A stretch of 64,000 nucleotides of DNA from contig OZ024760.1 in the NCBI GenBank assembly GCA_964016885.1, forward strand, positions 22,568,001-22,632,000. Reading direction: 5' to 3'. Under the pieces are notes generated by a model. That model had not been told where the DNA came from. It saw nothing but the letters and a program-made list of their open reading frames with translations, and did no database searches. Shown here piece after piece: positions 55,046 to 64,000 of this stretch (positions within the stretch are counted from its first letter, which is position 1; each line of letters begins with the position of its first letter). The translations under genes were made by a program, and so were the position numbers. Source of the DNA: Eledone cirrhosa (lineage: Eukaryota).

Positions 55046-55115
55046 CAATATATACAGAACTATAGTGTGTGTATATATATATATATATGTATATATCAAT
55101 ATATACAGAAGTATA

Positions 55116-55155
<40 letters not shown>

Positions 55156-55221
55156 ATATATACAGAACTATAGTGTGTGTGTATATATATATATGTATAT
55201 ATCAATATATACAGAAGTATA

Positions 55222-55265
<44 letters not shown>

Positions 55266-55372
55266 CAATATATTCAGAACTATAGTGTGTGTGTATATAT
55301 ATATATATATATATCAATATATACAGAAGTATAGTGTGTATATATATATATATCAATATATTCAGAACCATA

Positions 55373-55411
<39 letters not shown>

Positions 55412-55507
55412 TAAATATATTCAGAACTATAGTATATATATATATATATAATCAATACACCCAGAACTATTGTAAGTGTGTATAATGTACTTACACGTAT
55501 GTATGTT

Positions 55508-55542
<35 letters not shown>

Positions 55543-55587
55543 GAATGTATGTAAATATATATATATATATATATATATGAATGTATG

Positions 55588-55631
<44 letters not shown>

Positions 55632-55744
55632 TGTATGTAAATATATATATATATATATATATATGAATGTATGTAAATATATATATATATATATATATAT
55701 GAATGTATGTAAATATATATATATATATATATATATGAATGTAT

Positions 55745-55775
<31 letters not shown>

Positions 55776-55783
55776 AATGTATG

Positions 55784-55819
<36 letters not shown>

Positions 55820-55824
55820 TGTAT

Positions 55825-55855
<31 letters not shown>

Positions 55856-55863
55856 AATGTATG

Positions 55864-55899
<36 letters not shown>

Positions 55900-55985
55900 T
55901 GTATGTAAATATATATATATATATGAATGTATGTAAATATATATATAATATATATATATGAATGTATGTAAATATATATAAATAT
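54810..55985. repeat. Two (TA)n-spaced minisatellites (ATCAATATATACAGAACTATAGTGTG and TGAATGTATGTAAA)
   Basis: Direct reading. Confidence 0.92.
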
Positions 55986-56493
55986 ATATGATATAATATA
56001 ATACACGTACCCACTCGCAACTATATATTAATGGTGAAATATGATACAAATACCGCAAAACATTGGAAGATGTGTTATGAGGAAGAAAAGAAAGCTGTAA
56101 TTTCGGTCAGTGACCTCGGTCGGCCGATGTCTAAAAGTCAATTATGTGTGGTTGTGTAATTGTCTATCAGAATCGAAGAAGTCTTGAGCAAATAGCTAGC
56201 AACCTTTTGCCATCGATATACCATCTAACTACGGAATAGGATACAAAAACCAATTTAAAGAAGTTTGGGTCCATTAAATAACTCAGCCAAATGTAACGAC
56301 AACGTTGTGATTTCGAAGTTCCTTCACGTTATGATTTCAAAGTTGCTTCACGTTATTGGGAGCAAGTTATTGGATCACATCTTCCTGTCTTGTGAACTTA
56401 CTAATGTTTACATTCCACATATTACACACGCGTGCGTACACACACAGACACACAGCCATGCGGCTCCAATACACACTTTCATAGGTCTTTGTG

Positions 56494-56538
<45 letters not shown>

Positions 56539-56549
56539 GGGGGGGGGTA

Positions 56550-56690
56550 TCTCGGGTTCAATCGGGGGTAACCACAGTAAGTAAGGTACTCAAATCATAG
56601 AGTATAAATATTTAATATAGAAATTGCTTCTACAGGACTTTCCTGATGATTTCTTTCCAATGAAACAGTTCTAGTCCTGTAGAAATCATT
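56550..56690. mobile_element. Family E element with short fold-back
   Basis: TTCTACAGGACT...CTGATGA...GAAAC...AGTCCTGTAGAA; the left part is the reverse complement of about 36470-36555. Confidence 0.75.
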
Positions 56691-56723
<33 letters not shown>

Positions 56724-56739
56724 CCTATACACAGGTCCT

Positions 56740-56773
<34 letters not shown>

Positions 56774-57071
56774 ATGTTTGTGTACGCGTGTCTGTTGTTG
56801 TCTGTTGTATATATATGTGTGTGTGTGTGTGTGTGTGGATGGATGTCACTTTGTGTAGCTGTGTGTATATATATATATATATATATAATGTTTGTGTACA
56901 CGTGTGTGTCTGTTGTATATATATATGTGTGTGTGTATGTGTGGATGGATGTCACTTTGTGTAGCTGTGTATATATATATATATATAATGTTTGTGTACG
57001 CGTGTGTGTGTCTGTTGTATATATATGTATGTGTGTGTATGTGTGGATGGATGTAACTTTGTGTAGCTGTG

Positions 57072-57112
<41 letters not shown>

Positions 57113-58435
57113 ATGTGTGTGTGTGTGGAATGGATGTATGTAACTGTATGTATATACTATTTTAAAATATCACTTTTATATCTTCGTCTTCACTACAAAG
57201 GATGTTTCGTATTACATTACTGACACACATACTGTGACACCAGAACCTTAGTGCTGAGTTAAAGCAATATCCTTCCGGGATGTTTAATAAACTCGATATT
57301 AACTGCAACAAATATCTACCCTTAGAATATAATAAAGAAATGAATAATAATATAAAAATAAATAAAATCCAACAAAAAAAAAAAATGAAAATAAAAAAAA
57401 ATCCATAAACGTCAGAAGGAACAGAACATATTATATCCCACATTCTTAATTACATCAAAATAATTAAAAAGAAACGCAGATAATATAACAAAAAGCTCAT
57501 AGCTAAACCAGAAAAACGCTCAGTCTAATAACAAACGATACTAATATCCCTCTTGTTCAGAAGAGAATGGTTAGGAAACGTTGAAGAAGTTAGAAGTTTT
57601 ATTGCACAAAACAAAGCGTTAAGGGTTAATAACACGGCGTGGAAAAAAGAAATTCTAATAAATGACTCCATTCTTATTCGAAATAACTGTAATAACGTAT
57701 AACTGTACCATGGACAAGATAGAATGGTGAAGGTTTAGTACGTTAATGGATTTAGGGAATGTTATTGTTCCAAACAGGCCAAGCCATTACTAATAAGGTT
57801 TTATGAAAAAATTCTTAATAACAGCGGAAAGTGTGATCTAGAATACACAGCCAAGCTTTTATATAGGATAAAAGCAGAATGAAAGAAAAATAATAGATAT
57901 TTGGTATAATGAAATACATACACATACGGCTAAATATGCACATACACATACAGTTATATATTCTCATACACATACGGCTAAATGTGCACATACACATACA
58001 CATACATTTATATATTCACATACACATAGTTATATATTCACATACACATACAGGTAAATGTGCACATACACATACAGTTATATATTCACATACAGTTATA
58101 TATTCACATACAGTTATATATTCACATACACATACAGCTAAATGTGCACATACACATACAGTTATATATTCATATACAGTTATATATTCATATACACATA
58201 CAGCTAAATATTCACATACATATAGTTATATATTAACATACACATACAGCTATTCACATACACATACAGTTATATATTCACAAACACATACAGCTAGATA
58301 TTCACATACATATAGTTATATATTAACATACACATACAGCTAGATATTCACAAACATACAATAGTGAAATACATACACATACAGGTAGATATTTACATAC
58401 ATACACACACAGCTATATTATATATCCCTGATAAT

Positions 58436-59441
58436 ATACGATGCTTGCGTGAAACGTTCATAGGCTGACTATGAAGGAGTGATGCTAGGGCTGTGAAATC
58501 TTACATGTATTAATTTCAGCTCTTAGTAACAACTGCAGTGTTTCTTTTTCAACATAGTCCCAACTGCGTTCGATAATAAGCCTCATTTGGTCATTCCATG
58601 AGAGTATCTTGGTCATAGGCTGACTATGAAGGATTGATGCTAGAGCTGTGAAATCTTACATGCGTTAACAACCTCGTTGTTTCTTTCCAGGGGCTATGCT
58701 GAAAAATAAACCTCATTTGGTCATTCCATGAGAGTATCTTGGTCATAGGCTGAATATGAAGGATTGATGCTAGAGCTGTGAAATCTTACATGCATTAACA
58801 ACCTCGTTGTTTCTTTCCAGGGGCTATGCTGAAAAATAAACCTCATTTGGTCATTCCATGAGAGTATCTTGGTCATAGGCTGACTATGAAGGATTGATGC
58901 TAGAGCTGTGAAATCTTACATGCGTTAACAACCTCGTTGTTTCTTTCCAGGGGCTATGCTGAAAAATAAACCTCATTTGGTCATTCCATGAGAGTATCTT
59001 GGTCATAGGCTGACTATGAAGGATTGATGCTAGAGCTGTGAAATCTTACATGCGTTAACAACCTCGTTGTTTCTTTCCAGGGGCTATGTTGAAAAATAAA
59101 CCTCATTTGGTCATTCCATGAGAGTATCTTGGTCATAGGCTGACTATGAAGGATTGATGCTAGAGCTGTGAAATCTTACATGCATTAACAACCTCGTTGT
59201 TTCTTTCCAGGGGCTATGCTGAAAAATAAACCTCATTTGGTCATTCCATGAGAGTATCTTGGTCATAGGCTGACTATGATGGATTGATGCTAGGCTGTGA
59301 AATCTTGCATGCATTAATTTCAACTCTTCTATTAAATAACTTCAGTCTTTCATTCCAACGACTGCGTTCAAGAATAAACCTCATTTTGTCATTCCATGAG
59401 AGTATCTTCGTCAACATATGAACTTTTTAGCAGACACTCAT
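58436..59441 (+). mobile_element. Mariner-like MITE expanded into a tandem array with five near-identical 130-bp internal units
   Basis: Left end TACGA...GTTCATAGGCTGAC, right end GTCAACATATGAACTTTT...CTCATA; GGTCATAGGC recurs at 58611, 58741, 58871, 59001, 59131 and 59261. Confidence 0.8.
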
Positions 59442-59488
59442 ACAAGTAAATATTCACATACATACAACCACACTCATATTATATATAA

Positions 59489-59690
59489 GGGCGGTTGATT
59501 GGCAGAATTGGTAGAGCGCCGGACACTCTGCTTTGTAGCATAATTATGGCCCGTTATGAGTTAAAATCCCGCCTATGTTAGCTTTGCCTTGCATCCTTAC
59601 GGGATCGATAAAAGAAAGTACCAGTGGTGCACTGGGGTCGATTAAATCGACTTTCCCCTTCCTCAAAATTGCTGGCCTTTTGCCTAAATA
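59489..59690 (+). mobile_element. Family A-lineage SINE
   Basis: GGCGGTTGATTGGCAGAATTGGTAGAGC...TCGATAAAAGAAAGTACCAGT...TTGCTGGCC. Confidence 0.8.
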
Positions 59691-60170
59691 AGGTGATAAT
59701 ATATGTGAATATAGGTGCATATGTCCGCATGGCGTTCCAGGGATGTTGTCGATGCAATGGACGTGATATCAAATACTATCAGGAAATCGAATTGCATGGA
59801 AGCGAGTTAAAATTACAGTAGTGACAATGTATTATATATATATATAATGTGTGTGTGTAGTGTAGAGAATAAAGGAAACACAAATATAGAGATAGACATT
59901 TCCCCTCTTCAGTTGTCTGCTGCAGGTCTCGTGGATGTTTCGACGCATTAAAGACAATACATCTACCGGCAGTGCGTTAATAACTTAGAAAGGTATTAGG
60001 GAAAGAACATACAAAAAGGAGACGATAGCGAAGAGAAAGAAAATAAACGGAGAAAGAAAGAGAGAAAAAAGGGCGAAAGACATACAGATAGAGAGTGGCA
60101 CTTGTATGTAGAGTAACCAAGGAGAGGGAGAACGAAGTTAAAAAAGGCAGCTAGGCTTAAGCCTAGACAC

Positions 60171-60360
60171 GGCGGTGGATTGGCAGTATCGGTAGAGGGT
60201 CGGACGCCATGCTTTCCAGTATAGTTACGTCCCTTTTCGATCTGAGTTCAAATCCCGCCGAGGTTGACTTTGCCTTTCATCCTTACGGGGTCGATAAAAT
60301 AAAGTACCAGTAATGCACTGGGTAATTGCTGGCCTTGTGCCTAAAGTAGAAACAATTATT
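60171..60360 (+). mobile_element. Family A SINE, intact
   Basis: A-box-like TGGCAGTATCGG, B-box GAGTTCAAATCC, full 3' end. Confidence 0.92.
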
Positions 60361-60644
60361 AACAGCGAAAGAGCTACACACACACACACATATATATATG
60401 TATGTATATATATATACATATATAGAGAGAGAGAAAGGAAAATTCGAAGCTGTAAATGTTAGTGTCCTTTATTAATATAGCTGTAGTACTTTGAAATGTG
60501 TATCACAGCTATGATACTAAAGTACACTTTAACTCTTCAACATCGTATTTTCCTCATTTTTTAATTATACTCCGTCATTCGTATTTTGAAGCAACATAGC
60601 GTTGAGTGCTTGATTTGAATTGCATCAATATTTACAGAGTATAT

Positions 60645-60893
60645 ATCATCATCATCAGGTCGAGCTTGCTCGGCTTTCTACGACACGTTTCCTCCATCCA
60701 TCTCTGTCTCTCATAGCGTTTGCCAGTTCTTCCGCATTGCATCCATTATCGTCCTCAAGTTGCTTGACGTATGTCTTCTTGGGACCACCAGCGTTTCTTG
60801 CTCCATGAGATGGACTCCATAACAACACATCACCTGCTATTTCTTCCTTGCTGCGCCAACAGGAAATCACAAAGAAAGGACGGTCCTCTCTAG
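60645..60893 (-). mobile_element. RTE-like LINE extreme 3' end with (TGA)n tail
   Basis: CWRSKEEIAGDVLLWSPSHG...GGPKKTYVKQL...AMRDRDGWRKRV. Confidence 0.85.
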
Positions 60894-60990
60894 AGTTGTC
60901 TGCTGGAGTCTCGGACGTTTCAACGCATATTATATTGTCTCAAATGCGTTGAAACATCCGAGACCCCAAGCAGACAACTGAAAAGGGGAC
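60894..60990. mobile_element. Short fold-back (about 35-bp arms); related single arm at about 59900-59950
   Basis: AGTTGTCTGC...GTTTCAACGCAT / ATGCGTTGAAAC...GCAGACAACT. Confidence 0.7.
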
Positions 60991-61063
60991 TCGTCCCTTG
61001 TTTGCGCTTTGCTTTCATTTCTAAAAACACTTTATCAGTAACCACACAGTTCCTTGTTTCTTC

Positions 61064-61117
<54 letters not shown>

Positions 61118-61291
61118 AGAAACAAAGAACATTTCAAAGATTCGAAAGATTTCCTGGTGGAGGTTCAGGTGTACTCCGGGTTGGTATCTAGTTTCGAGGT
61201 GAAAGTCCAATTAGAAAATCCAACGAATTTTGAGAGGTCTACGTAAGCGTTTATCCGCTCGTCCCCTTAATCTATTTTATTTCTCATTCTT

Positions 61292-61327
61292 TCTTCTGAT
61301 GAAGGACTAGCGTCCGAAACATTAAGA
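61292..61327 (+). ncRNA. Family C hammerhead (element about 61258-61412)
   Basis: TCTT-CTGATGA-A-GGACTAGCGTCC-GAAACATT-AAGA. Confidence 0.55.
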
Positions 61328-61641
61328 CCCTCTTCCTGCTATATCAAGCGTTAACCTAATACATTCTTTCCATATACTGTATCGATTGTGTTCTTATTTC
61401 TGTTTACCTTTTACACACACACATACATATATATACAATAAATAATAAATAGGCAGCAAAGAATCAGTATTGCATCATATACATGTTTACTTACATATTA
61501 CATATGTTTCACTGCCGATCAGCTCGAGGAACAATCGAGTGCTCATCTTGGCATGCCACCTGTGAACGCAATTCAATTGCACCTTTACTACTTATATATA
61601 TTTATATAGAAGTAGTAACACAACAGTTAGTTCACCATACT

Positions 61642-61677
61642 GAGGACAATTGTTTCACCTTAGCGGATCCTCAGCTC
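61642..61677 (-). ncRNA. Minimal hammerhead inside a fold-back palindrome (61607-61740)
   Basis: Reverse complement: GAG-CTGAGGA-TCC GCTAA GGT-GAAA-CAATTG-TC-CTC, with palindromic ACAATTGT and a GUC triplet. Confidence 0.75.
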
Positions 61678-61944
61678 GGATTCGCTAAGGTTAAACAATT
61701 GTTCTCATATGGTGAACTAACTGTTGTGTTGCCACTTCTACCAAACACGTCCCATGGACTGAATGCTCTACCACTACTGATATTACCTTCCAGTGTTCTC
61801 TCACCCTCTCTCTCTCTCTCTCTCTCTCTTTACATACATGCATTCATATTCGTATCCACATGCGTCGTGCTCCTTTACACGTGTCATACACAAACGCACA
61901 CATGTACACCAAACTGTCACATGCTATCCATGCATATGCTGAAG

Positions 61945-62234
61945 GTGGTGGTATTGGTAATGGTGTGGTGGTATTGGTAATGGTGTGGTGGTGGTGGTGG
62001 TGGTGGTATGGTGGTATTTGCAATGATGGATGTGGTGGTGGTATTGGTAATGGTGGTGGTGGTAGCAGTGATGGTGTTTGCTAACATTCTATCAGGTTTC
62101 ACAGAGTTTCATGTAACCTGATTGGAAATCCAATATCGAAGATCGATAATACTTAATCATTTACGTAGTTTGAAACAATATTGTCGTTATTATTATTACT
62201 GTTATTATTATTACTATTATCATTATTACTATTA

Positions 62235-62271
<37 letters not shown>

Positions 62272-63853
62272 TATTATTGAAAAATCATCATCATCATTAT
62301 TACTATCAACATCATAGTTATATATATATATATTATTGTTGTTGTTATTGTTATTATTATTATAGTTATTGTTGTTGTAGTTGTTGCAATTATATTTGTT
62401 GTTGCTATTGTAGTTGTTGTTGGTATTGTAGTTGTTGTTGCTATTGTAGTTGTTGTTGCTGTTATATTTGTTGTTGCTATTGTAGTTGTTGTTGCTATTA
62501 TATTTGTTGTTGCTATTGTAGTTGTTGTTGGTATTATATTTGTTGTTGCTATTGTAGTTGTTGTTGCTATTATATTTGTTGTTGCTATTGTAGTTGTTGT
62601 TGGTATTATAGTTGTTGTTGTTGTTGTTGCTAATTTAGTTGCTGCTGCTATTATAATTGTTGTTGTTGCTATTTTAGTGGTTGTTGTGGTTGCTGCTATT
62701 ATAGTTGTTGTTGTTGCTATTTTAGTGGTTGTTATTGTTGCTGCTGTTGTTGTTGTTGTTATAGTTGTTGTGTTATAGTTGTTGCTGCTGCTATTTTAGT
62801 TGCTGTTGCTATTATATTTGTTTTTGTTGGTATTATAGTTGTTGTTATTGTTGCTATTTTAGTTGTTGTTGTTGGTATTATAGTTGTCGTTGTTGTTATT
62901 TTAGTTGTTGTTGGTGTTGCTATTTAGTTGTTGTTGCTATTGTAGTTCTTGTTGGTTTATAGTTGTTGTTGTTGCTATATTAGTTGTCTTTGTTGTTGTT
63001 GCTATTTTAGTTGTTGGTATTTAGTTGTTGTTGTTTTTGGTATTGTAGTTGTTGTTGTTGGTATTATATTTGTTGTTGTTGGTATTTCTGTTGTTGTTAT
63101 TTATCGATATTCTTGTCCATCTGTACAAAACATAATTATTATTTTAGTATAATTATAATTATCGTAATTGATAATATTGTTTTTTTTTTTTTTTTTTTTT
63201 TTTTGGTTATTTTTATTTTATTGTTGTTATACTTTATGGTTTTAATTCTTGCCCTTTTTTCTTTTATTTTTATATGTATATATATATAAATGTGTGTATG
63301 TATATATATGTCTAAATGTGTGTATGTATATATGTTTGTGTGTATGTATGAATGTGTCTGTATGTATATATATGTGTCTGTATGTATATATATGTGTCTG
63401 TATGTATATATGTGTGTATGTATATATATGCGTGTGTATGTGTATATATGCGTGTGTGTGTGTGTATATATATGTTTGTGTGTATATATATACGTGTGTG
63501 TATATATGTATATATATGTTTGTGTGTATGTATGTATATATATGAATGTATATATATGTATATGTTTGTGTGTATATATGCGTGTGTGTATGTATATATA
63601 TGTTTGTGTGTGTATATATATATATATGTATATATATGTTTGTGTATATATATGCGTGTGTATGTATATATATTTATATATATGTTTGTGTATATATATG
63701 CGTGTGTGTATGTATATATATTTGTGTTTGTGTGTATATGAGTATGTATGTATATATAACTATATATGTGTTTGTGTGTATATATCCGTGTATGTATGGA
63801 TATATGTGTATATGTATGCATATATACATATATATGGTTATATATATATATAC

Positions 63854-63886
<33 letters not shown>

Positions 63887-64000
63887 AGCATATATGTTCA
63901 ATATTTAATTCATATCATACTCTTTTGTTTGTGAATGAATGGTGTTCTTTGTTATGGCTTTCGAAGGGCCCAGTTAATGGCTGCTTCTCAGCAATTATGA
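61945..64000. repeat. (TGG)n, (TTA)n, (TTG)n trinucleotide and (TA/TG)n repeats
   Basis: Direct reading; the Cys-rich ORFs are repeat translations. Confidence 0.9.

Noticed and set aside
56095-56130. GGTCA/TGACC stem followed by GAAA on the minus strand
   Set aside because: No CUGANGA-type core or closing stems.
60171-60260. tRNA gene
   Set aside because: A/B boxes belong to a multicopy SINE head, and no full cloverleaf is evident.
62181-63289. Cys-rich ORF with a Leu-rich signal-like start (metallothionein or keratin-associated look)
   Set aside because: (TTA)n and (TTG)n repeats with a non-ATG start and no splice or homology support.

Overview
Very AT-rich, microsatellite-dominated eukaryotic DNA. 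The SINE families and (TA)n/(TG)n density resemble cephalopod (octopus-like) genomes, which is an inference. I see no complete protein-coding gene, and nearly all long ORFs in the supplied track are translations of simple repeats (YI/CV/LS/TH-rich). The non-simple sequence consists of tRNA-derived SINEs, decayed non-LTR retrotransposon fragments (RTE-like, CR1-like, CRE-like), a Penelope-like GIY-YIG fragment, MITE/helentron-like DNA elements and several minisatellites, three of which appear to be amplified from transposon pieces. The most striking feature is a set of at least 7 distinct short elements carrying minimal type I hammerhead ribozyme folds (CUGANGA core or a U3-A8 variant, stem II, GAAA, palindromic stem III, NUH). 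Nearly all sit in or next to (TA)n tracts and many form head-to-head fold-back palindromes, consistent with non-autonomous Penelope-like pseudo-LTR/retrozyme-type elements. A few short islands with splice-like boundaries may be exons of unidentified genes (low confidence).
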